NCBI RefSeq assembly: GCF_009914755.1
Contig: NC_060940.1
DNA: 64,000 nucleotides
Direction: 5' to 3' (one strand)
DNA from: the human T2T-CHM13v2.0 reference genome, Homo sapiens
Positions within the stretch are counted from its first letter, which is position 1. Each line of letters begins with the position of its first letter. Positions 1 through 9,700 of this stretch are shown piece after piece. Position numbers and translations under genes: made by a program. The notes under the pieces were generated by a model that searched no databases, was not told the DNA's origin, and was given only the letters and a program-made list of their open reading frames with translations.

Positions 1-88
1 CACAGAGTTCAACCTTCCTTTAGACAGAGCAGATTTGAAACACTCTTTTTGTGGAATTTGCAAGTGGAGATTTCAAGCGCTTCGATGC

Positions 89-105
89 CAATGGTAGAAA
101 AGGAA
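89..105 (+). other. A-box (pJalpha-type site) of an A-type monomer, alternating with CENP-B-box monomers
   Basis: CAATGGTAGAAAAGGAA lies 171 bp upstream of the box at 260, at the homologous monomer position. It resembles the known A-type/pJalpha motif. Protein binding is not shown by the sequence. Confidence 0.65.
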
Positions 106-259
106 ATATCTTCGTATAAAAACAAGACAAACTCGTTCCCAGACACTGCGTAGTGATGTGTGTGTTTAACTCACAGAGTTTAACCTTTCTTTTCATACAG
201 CATTCTGGAAACCCTGTGTTTGTAAAGTCTGCAAGTGGATATTTGGACCTCTTAGATGC

Positions 260-276
260 CTTCGTTGGAAACGGGA
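260..276 (+). promoter_or_regulatory. CENP-B box 1 of the HOR (CTTCGTTGGAAACGGGA), repeated every 1699 bp
   Basis: Exact match to the canonical 17-bp CENP-B box YTTCGTTGGAARCGGGA. Confidence 0.97.
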
Positions 277-599
277 TTTCTTCATATAATGCTAGAGGGA
301 AGAATTCTTAGTAACTTCTTTGTGTTGTGTGTATTCAACTGACAGAGTTGAACCTTCCTTTAGACAGAGCAGATTTGAAAGTCTCTTTTTGTGGAATTTG
401 CAAGTGGAGATTTCAAGCGCTTTGAGGCCAAAAGCAGAAAAGGAAGTATTTTCCTATAAAAACTCGACAGAATCTTTCTCAGAAACTGCTCTGGGATGTG
501 TGCGTTCAACTCACAGAGTTTAACTTTTCTTTTCATTCAGCAGTTTGGAAACACTCTGTTTGGAAAGTCTGCACGTGGATATTTTGACCTCTTTGAGGC

Positions 600-616
600 C
601 TTCGTTGGAAACGGGT
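600..616 (+). promoter_or_regulatory. CENP-B box 2 of the HOR (CTTCGTTGGAAACGGGT)
   Basis: All core positions of NTTCGNNNNANNCGGGN are intact. The last base is T and starts a T7 run. Confidence 0.93.
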
Positions 617-939
617 TTTTTTCATGTAAGGCTAGACAGAAGAAATCTCAGTAACTTCCTTGTGTTGTGTGTATTCAACTGACAGAGTTGAACCTTCCTT
701 TAGACAGAGCAGATTCGAAACACTCTTTTTCTGCAATTTGCAAGTGGAGACTTCAAGCGCTTTGAGGCCAAAGGCAGAAAAGGAAATATCTTCGTATAAA
801 AACCCGACAGAATCATTCTCAGAAACTGCTCTGTGATGTGTGCGTTCAACTCACAGAGTTTAACTTTTCTTTTCATTCAGCAGTTTGGAAACACTCTGTT
901 TGTAAAGTCTGCAAGTGGATATCTTGGCCTCTTAGAGGC

Positions 940-956
940 CTTCGTTGGAAACGGGT
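940..956 (+). promoter_or_regulatory. CENP-B box 3 of the HOR (CTTCGTTGGAA[A/G]CGGGT), dimorphic among copies
   Basis: Core intact. Position 12 is A in 21 copies and G in 17, both allowed by the consensus R. The T6 run that follows explains the 339-bp dimer. Confidence 0.93.
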
Positions 957-1278
957 TTTTTCATGTAAGGATAGACAGAGGAATTCCCAGTAACTTCCTT
1001 GTGTTGTGTGCATTCAACTCACAGAGTTGAATGATTCTTTACACAGAGCAGATTTGAGACACTCTTTTGGTGGAATTTGTAAGTGGAGAATTCAGCCGCT
1101 TTGAGGTCAACGGTAGAAAAGGAAATATCTTCGTATAAAAACTAGACAGAATGATTCTCAGAAACTGTTTTGTGATGTGTGCGTTCAACTCACAGAGTTT
1201 AACCTTTCTTTTCAAAGAGCAGTTAGGAAACACTCTGTTTGTAAAGTCTGCAAGTGGATATTCAGACCTCTTTGAGGC

Positions 1279-1295
1279 CTTCGTTGGAAACGGGA
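1279..1295 (+). promoter_or_regulatory. CENP-B box 4 of the HOR (CTTCGTTGGAAACGGGA)
   Basis: Exact canonical match. Confidence 0.97.
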
Positions 1296-1618
1296 TTTCT
1301 TCATATTATGCTAGACAGATGAATTCTCAGTAACTTCCTTGTGTTGTGTGTATTCAACTCACAGAGTTGAACGATCCTTTACACAGAGCAGATTTGAAAC
1401 ACTGTTTTTCTGGAATTTGCAAGTGGAGATTTCAGCCGCTTTGAGGTCAATGGTAGAAAAGGAAATATCTTCGTATAAAAACTAGACAGAATGATTCTCA
1501 GAAACTCCTTTGTGATGTGTGCGTTCAACTCACAGAGTTTAACCTTTCTTTTCACAGAGCAGTTAGGAAACACTCTGTTTGTGAAGCCTGCCAGTGGATA
1601 TTCGGACCTCTTTGAGGC

Positions 1619-1635
1619 CTTCGTTGGAAACGGGA
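1619..1635 (+). promoter_or_regulatory. CENP-B box 5 of the HOR (CTTCGTTGGAAACGGGA)
   Basis: Exact canonical match. With 5 boxes per HOR, the window has 188 box positions (37x5+3). Confidence 0.97.
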
Positions 1636-4600
1636 TTTCTTCATATTATGCTAGACAGAAGATTTCTCAGTAACTTCTTTGTGTTGTGTGTATGCAACTC
1701 ACAGAGTTCAACCTTCCTTTAGACAGAGCAGATTTGAAACACTCTTTTTGTGGAATTTGCAAGTGGAGATTTCAAGCGCTTCGATGCCAATGGTAGAAAA
1801 GGAAATATCTTCGTATAAAAACAAGACAAACTCGTTCCCAGACACTGCGTAGTGATGTGTGTGTTTAACTCACAGAGTTTAACCTTTCTTTTCATACAGC
1901 ATTCTGGAAACCCTGTGTTTGTAAAGTCTGCAAGTGGATATTTGGACCTCTTAGATGCCTTCGTTGGAAACGGGATTTCTTCATATAATGCTAGAGGGAA
2001 GAATTCTTAGTAACTTCTTTGTGTTGTGTGTATTCAACTGACAGAGTTGAACCTTCCTTTAGACAGAGCAGATTTGAAAGTCTCTTTTTGTGGAATTTGC
2101 AAGTGGAGATTTCAAGCGCTTTGAGGCCAAAAGCAGAAAAGGAAATATTTTCCTATAAAAACTCGACAGAATCTTTCTCAGAAACTGCTCTGGGATGTGT
2201 GCGTTCAACTCACAGAGTTTAACTTTTCTTTTCATTCAGCAGTTTGGAAACACTCTGTTTGGAAAGTCTGCACGTGGATATTTTGACCTCTTTGAGGCCT
2301 TCGTTGGAAACGGGTTTTTTTCATGTAAGGCTAGACAGAAGAAATCTCAGTAACTTCCTTGTGTTGTGTGTATTCAACTGACAGAGTTGAACCTTCCTTT
2401 AGACAGAGCAGATTCGAAACACTCTTTTTCTGCAATTTGCAAGTGGAGACTTCAAGCGCTTTGAGGCCAAAGGCAGAAAAGGAAATATCTTCGTATAAAA
2501 ACCCGACAGAATCATTCTCAGAAACTGCTCTGTGATGTGTCCGTTCAACTCACAGAGTTTAACTTTTCTTTTCATTCAGCAGTTTGGAAACACTCTGTTT
2601 GTAAAGTCTGCAAGTGGATATCTTGGCCTCTTAGAGGCCTTCGTTGGAAACGGGTTTTTTCATGTAAGGTTAGACAGAGGAATTCCCAGTAACTTCCTTG
2701 TGTTGTGTGCATTCAACTCACAGAGTTGAATGATTCTTTACACAGAGCAGATTTGAGACACTCTTTTGGTGGAATTTGTAAGTGGAGAATTCAGCCGCTT
2801 TGAGGTCAACGGTAGAAAAGGAAATATCTTCGTATAAAAACTAGACAGAATGATTCTCAGAAACTGTTTTGTGATGTGTGCGTTCAACTCACAGAGTTTA
2901 ACCTTTCTTTTCAAAGAGCAGTTAGGAAACACTCTGTTTGTAAAGTCTGCAAGTGGATATTCAGACCTCTTTGAGGCCTTCGTTGGAAACGGGATTTCTT
3001 CATATTATGCTAGACAGATGAATTCTCAGTAACTTCCTTGTGTTGTGTGTATTCAACTCACAGAGTTGAACGATCCTTTACACAGAGCAGATTTGAAACA
3101 CTGTTTTTCTGGAATTTGCAAGTGGAGATTTCAGCCGCTTTGAGGTCAATGGTAGAAAAGGAAATATCTTCGTATAAAAACTAGACAGAATGATTCTCAG
3201 AAACTCCTTTGTGATGTGTGCGTTCAACTCACAGAGTTTAACCTTTCTTTTCACAGAGCAGTTAGGAAACACTCTGTTTGTGAAGCCTGCCAGTGGATAT
3301 TCGGACCTCTTTGAGGCCTTCGTTGGAAACGGGATTTCTTCATATTATGCTAGACAGAAGATTTCTCAGTAACTTCTTTGTGTTGTGTGTATGCAACTCA
3401 CAGAGTTCAACCTTCCTTTAGACAGAGCAGATTTGAAACACTCTTTTTGTGGAATTTGCAAGTGGAGATTTCAAGCGCTTCGATGCCAATGGTAGAAAAG
3501 GAAATATCTTCGTATAAAAACAAGACAAACTCGTTCCCAGACACTGCGTAGTGATGTGTGTGTTTAACTCACAGAGTTTAACCTTTCTTTTCATACAGCA
3601 TTCTGGAAACCCTGTGTTTGTAAAGTCTGCAAGTGGATATTTGGACCTCTTAGATGCCTTCGTTGGAAACGGGATTTCTTCATATAATGCTAGAGGGAAG
3701 AATTCTTAGTAACTTCTTTGTGTTGTGTGTATTCAACTGACAGAGTTGAACCTTCCTTTAGACGGAGCAGATTTGAAAGTCTCTTTTTGTGGAATTTGCA
3801 AGTGGAGATTTCAAGCGCTTTGAGGCCAAAAGCAGAAAAGGAAATATTTTCCTATAAAAACTCGACAGAATCTTTCTCAGAAACTGCTCTGGGATGTGTG
3901 CGTTCAACTCACAGAGTTTAACTTTTCTTTTCATTCAGCAGTTTGGAAACACTCTGTTTGGAAAGTCTGCACGTGGATATTTTGACCTCTTTGAGGCCTT
4001 CGTTGGAAACGGGTTTTTTTCATGTAAGGCTAGACAGAAGAAATCTCAGTAACTTCCTTGTGTTGTGTGTATTCAACTGACAGAGTTGAACCTTCCTTTA
4101 GACAGAGCAGATTCGAAACACTCTTTTTCTGCAATTTGCAAGTGGAGACTTCAAGCGCTTTGAGGCCAAAGGCAGAAAAGGAAATATCTTCGTATAAAAA
4201 CCCGACAGAATCATTCTCAGAAACTGCTCTGTGATGTGTGCGTTCAACTCACAGAGTTTAACTTTTCTTTTCATTCAGCAGTTTGGAAACACTCTGTTTG
4301 TAAAGTCTGCAAGTGGATATCTTGGCCTCTTAGAGGCCTTCGTTGGAAACGGGTTTTTTCATGTAATGTTAGACAGAGGAATTCCCAGTAACTTCCTTGT
4401 GTTGTGTGCATTCAACTCACAGAGTTGAATGATTCTTTACACAGAGCAGATTTGAGACACTCTTTTGGTGGAATTTGTAAGTGGAGAATTCAGCCGCTTT
4501 GAGGTCAACGGTAGAAAAGCAAATATCTTCGTATAAAAACTAGACAGAATGATTCTCAGAAACTGTTTTGTGATGTGTGCGTTCAACTCACAGAGTTTAA

Positions 4601-5097
4601 CCTTTCTTTTCAAAGAGCAGTTAGGAAACACTCTGTTTGTAAAGTCTGCAAGTGGATATTCAGACCTCTTTGAGGCCTTCGTTGGAAACGGGATTTCTTC
4701 ATATTATGCTAGACAGATGAATTCTCAGTAACTTCCTTGTGTTGTGTGTATTCAACTCACAGAGTTGAACGATCCTTTACACAGAGCAGATTTGAAACAC
4801 TGTTTTTCTGGAATTTGCAAGTGGAGATTTCAGCCGCTTTGAGGTCAATGGTAGAAAAGGAAATATCTTCGTATAAAAACTAGACAGAATGATTCTCAGA
4901 AACTCCTTTGTGATGTGTGCGTTCAACTCACAGAGTTTAACCTTTCTTTTCACAGAGCAGTTAGGAAACACTCTGTTTGTGAAGCCTGCCAGTGGATATT
5001 CGGACCTCTTTGAGGCCTTCGTTGGAAACGGGATTTCTTCATATTATGCTAGACAGAAGATTTCTCAGTAACTTCTTTGTGTTGTGTGTATGCAACT

Positions 5098-6794
5098 CAC
5101 AGAGTTCAACCTTCCTTTAGACAGAGCAGATTTGAAACACTCTTTTTGTGGAATTTGCAAGTGGAGATTTCAAGCGCTTCGATGCCAATGGTAGAAAAGG
5201 AAATATCTTCGTATAAAAACAAGACAAACTCGTTCCCAGACACTGCGTAGTGATGTGTGTGTTTAACTCACAGAGTTTAACCTTTCTTTTCATACAGCAT
5301 TCTGGAAACCCTGTGTTTGTAAAGTCTGCAAGTGGATATTTGGACCTCTTAGATGCCTTCGTTGGAAACGGGATTTCTTCATATAATGCTAGAGGGAAGA
5401 ATTCTTAGTAACTTCTTTGTGTTGTGTGTATTCAACTGACAGAGTTGAACCTTCCTTTAGACAGAGCAGATTTGAAAGTCTCTTTTTGTGGAATTTGCAA
5501 GTGGAGATTTCAAGCGCTTTGAGGCCAAAAGCAGAAAAGGAAATATTTTCCTATAAAAACTCGACAGAATCTTTCTCAGAAACTGCTCTGGGATGTGTGC
5601 GTTCAACTCACAGAGTTTAACTTTTCTTTTCATTCAGCAGTTTGGAAACACTCTGTTTGGAAAGTCTGCACGTGGATATTTTGACCTCTTTGAGGCCTTC
5701 GTTGGAAACGGGTTTTTTTCATGTAAGGCTAGACAGAAGAAATCTCAGTAACTTCCTTGTGTTGTGTGTATTCAACTGACAGAGTTGAACCTTCCTTTAG
5801 ACAGAGCAGATTCGAAACACTCTTTTTCTGCAATTTGCAAGTGGAGACTTCAAGCGCTTTGAGGCCAAAGGCAGAAAAGGAAATATCTTCGTATAAAAAC
5901 CCGACAGAATCATTCTCAGAAACTGCTCTGTGATGTGTGCGTTCAACTCACAGAGTTTAACTTTTCTTTTCATTCAGCAGTTTGGAAACACTCTGTTTGT
6001 AAAGTCTGCAAGTGGATATCTTGGCCTCTTAGAGGCCTTCGTTGGAAGCGGGTTTTTTCATGTAAGGATAGACAGAGGAATTCCCAGTAACTTCCTTGTG
6101 TTGTGTGCATTCAACTCACAGAGTTGAATGATTCTTTACACAGAGCAGATTTGAGACACTTTTGGTGGAATTTGTAAGTGGAGAATTCAGCCGCTTTGAG
6201 GGCAACGGTAGAAAAGGAAATATCTTCGTATAAAAACTAGACAGAATGATTCTCAGAAACTGTTTTGTGATGTGTGCGTTCAACTCACAGAGTTTAACCT
6301 TTCTTTTCAAAGAGCAGTTAGGAAACACTCTGTTTGTAAAGTCTGCAAGTGGATATTCAGACCTCTTTGAGGCCTTCGTTGGAAACGGGATTTCTTCATA
6401 TTATGCTAGACAGATGAATTCTCAGTAACTTCCTTGTGTTGTGTGTATTCAACTCACAGAGTTGAACGATCCTTTACACAGAGCAGATTTGAAACACTGT
6501 TTTTCTGGAATTTGCAAGTGGAGATTTCAGCCGCTTTGAGGTCAATGGTAGAAAAGGAAATATCTTCGTATAAAAACTAGACAGAATGATTCTCAGAAAC
6601 TCCTTTGTGATGTGTGCGTTCAACTCACAGAGTTTAACCTTTCTTTTCACAGAGCAGTTAGGAAACACTCTGTTTGTGAAGCCTGCCAGTGGATATTCGG
6701 ACCTCTTTGAGGCCTTCGTTGGAAACGGGATTTCTTCATATTATGCTAGACAGAAGATTTCTCAGTAACTTCTTTGTGTTGTGTGTATGCAACT
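5098..6794 (+). repeat. HOR copy U4, 1697 bp (2-bp deletion)
   Basis: GAGACACTTTTGG near 6153-6165 versus GAGACACTCTTTTGG in other copies. Downstream ORF coordinates shift by 2. Confidence 0.92.
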
Positions 6795-9700
6795 CACAGA
6801 GTTCAACCTTCCTTTAGACAGAGCAGATTTGAAACACTGTTTTTGTGGAATTTGCAAGTGGAGATTTCAAGCGCTTCGATGCCAATGGTAGAAAAGGAAA
6901 TATCTTCGTATAAAAACAAGACAAACTCGTTCCCAGACACTGCGTAGTGATGTGTGTGTTTAACTCACAGAGTTTAACCTTTCTTTTCATACAGCATTCT
7001 GGAAACCCTGTGTTTGTAAAGTCTGCAAGTGGATATTTGGACCTCTTAGATGCCTTCGTTGGAAACGGGATTTCTTCATATAATGCTAGAGGGAAGAATT
7101 CTTAGTAACTTCTTTGTGTTGTGTGTATTCAACTGACAGAGTTGAACCTTCCTTTAGATAGAGCAGATTTGAAAGTCTCTTTTTGTGGAATTTGCAAGTG
7201 GAGATTTCAAGCGCTTTGAGGCCAAAAGCAGAAAAGGAAATATTTTCCTATAAAAACTCGACAGAATCTTTCTCAGAAACTGCTCTGGGATGTGTGCGTT
7301 CAACTCACAGAGTTTAACTTTTCTTTTCATTCAGCAGTTTGGAAACACTCTGTTTGGAAAGTCTGCACGTGGATATTTTGACCTCTTTGAGGCCTTCGTT
7401 GGAAACGGGTTTTTTTCATGTAAGGCTAGACAGAAGAAATCTCAGTAACTTCCTTGTGTTGTGTGTATTCAACTGACAGAGTTGAACCTTCCTTTAGACA
7501 GAGCAGATTCGAAACACTCTTTTTCTGCAATTTGCAAGTGGAGACTTCAAGCGCTTTGAGGCCAAAGGCAGAAAAGGAAATATCTTCGTATAAAAACCCG
7601 ACAGAATCATTCTCAGAAACTGCTCTGTGATGTGTGCGTTCAACTCACAGAGTTTAACTTTTCTTTTCATTCAGCAGTTTGGAAACACTCTGTTTGTAAA
7701 GTCTGCAAGTGGATATCTTGGCCTCTTAGAGGCCTTCGTTGGAAGCGGGTTTTTTCATGTAAGGATAGACAGAGGAATTCCCAGTAACTTCCTTGTGTTG
7801 TGTGCATTCAACTCACAGAGTTGAATGATTCTTTACACAGAGCAGATTTGAGACACTCTTTTGGTGGAATTTGTAAGTGGAGAATTCAGCCGCTTTGAGG
7901 TCAACGGTAGAAAAGGAAATATCTTCGTATAAAAACTAGACAGAATGATTCTCAGAAACTGTTTTGTGATGTGTGCGTTCAACTCACAGAGTTTAACCTT
8001 TCTTTTCAAAGAGCAGTTAGGAAACACTCTGTTTGTAAAGTCTGCAAGTGGATATTCAGACCTCTTTGAGGCCTTCGTTGGAAACGGGATTTCTTCATAT
8101 TATGCTAGACAGATGAATTCTCAGTAACTTCCTTGTGTTGTGTGTATTCAACTCACAGAGTTAAACGATCCTTTACACAGAGCAGATTTGAAACACTGTT
8201 TTTCTGGAATTTGCAAGTGGAGATTTCAGCCGCTTTGAGGTCAACGGTAGAAAAGGAAATATCTTCGTATAAAAACTAGACAGAATGATTCTCAGAAACT
8301 CCTTTGTGATGTGTGCGTTCAACTCACAGAGTTTAACCTTTCTTTTCACAGAGCAGTTAGGAAACACTCTGTTTGTGAAGCCTGCCAGTGGATATTCGGA
8401 CCTCTTTGAGGCCTTCGTTGGAAACGGGATTTCTTCATATTATGCTAGACAGAAGATTTCTCAGTAACTTCTTTGTGTTGTGTGTATGCAACTCACAGAG
8501 TTCAACCTTCCTTTAGACAGAGCAGATTTGAAACACTCTTTTTGTGGAATTTGCAAGTGGAGATTTCAAGCGCTTCGATGCCAATGGTAGAAAAGGAAAT
8601 ATCTTCGTATAAAAACAAGACAAACTCGTTCCCAGACACTGCGTAGTGATGTGTGTGTTTAACTCACAGAGTTTAACCTTTCTTTTCATACAGCATTCTG
8701 GAAACCCTGTGTTTGTAAAGTCTGCAAGTGGATATTTGGACCTCTTAGATGCCTTCGTTGGAAACGGGATTTCTTCATATAATGCTAGAGGGAAGAATTC
8801 TTAGTAACTTCTTTGTGTTGTGTGTATTCAACTGACAGAGTTGAACCTTCCTTTAGACAGAGCAGATTTGAAAGTCTCTTTTTGTGGAATTTGCAAGTGG
8901 AGATTTCAAGCGCTTTGAGGCCAAAAGCAGAAAAGGAAATATTTTCCTATAAAAACTAGACAGAATCTTTCTCAGAAACTGCTCTGGGATGTGTGCGTTC
9001 AACTCACAGAGTTTAACTTTTCTTTTCATTCAGCAGTTTGGAAACACTCTGTTTGGAAAGTCTGCACGTGGATATTTTGACCTCTTTGAGGCCTTCGTTG
9101 GAAACGGGTTTTTTTCATGTAAGGCTAGACAGAAGAAATCTCAGTAACTTCCTTGTGTTGTGTGTATTCAACTGACAGAGTTGAACCTTCCTTTAGACAG
9201 AGCAGATTCGAAACACTCTTTTTCTGCAATTTGCAAGTGGAGACTTCAAGCGCTTTGAGGCCAAAGGCAGAAAAGGAAATATCTTCGTATAAAAACCCGA
9301 CAGAATCATTCTCAGAAACTGCTCTGTGATGTGTGCGTTCAACTCACAGAGTTTAACTTTTCTTTTCATTCAGCAGTTTGGAAACACTCTGTTTGTAAAG
9401 TCTGCAAGTGGATATCTTGGCCTCTTAGAGGCCTTCGTTGGAAGCGGGTTTTTTCATGTAAGGATAGACAGAGGAATTCCCAGTAACTTCCTTGTGTTGT
9501 GTGCATTCAACTCACAGAGTTGAATGATTCTTTACACAGAGCAGATTTGAGACACTCTTTTGGTGGAATTTGTAAGTGGAGAATTCAGCCGCTTTGAGGT
9601 CAACGGTAGAAAAGGAAATATCTTCGTATAAAAACTAGACAGAATGATTCTCAGAAACTGTTTTGTGATGTGTGCGTTCAACTCACAGAGTTTAACCTTT

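Larger units (their letters stand above)
1..1699 (+). repeat. D16Z2: One representative HOR unit (U1; phase arbitrary), probably the chromosome 16 live centromeric HOR D16Z2 / S1C16H1L
   Basis: Seen: five dimers with CENP-B box spacing 340/340/339/340/340 = 1699, a single GATC at 1373-1376, and EcoRI sites at 302, 981, 1088 and 1321. Known (recall): among SF1 live arrays the 10-mer ~1.7-kb HOR is that of chr16, whereas chr1/5/19 and chr7 have 6-mers, chr10 and chr12 8-mers, chr3 a 17-mer and chr6 an 18-mer. Not confirmed by alignment. Confidence 0.8.

Noticed and set aside
114-122. TATAAAA TATA-like motifs and a CACGTG E-box (572-577) in each HOR
   Set aside because: These short motifs are intrinsic to the alphoid consensus, and nothing in the sequence supports promoter function.
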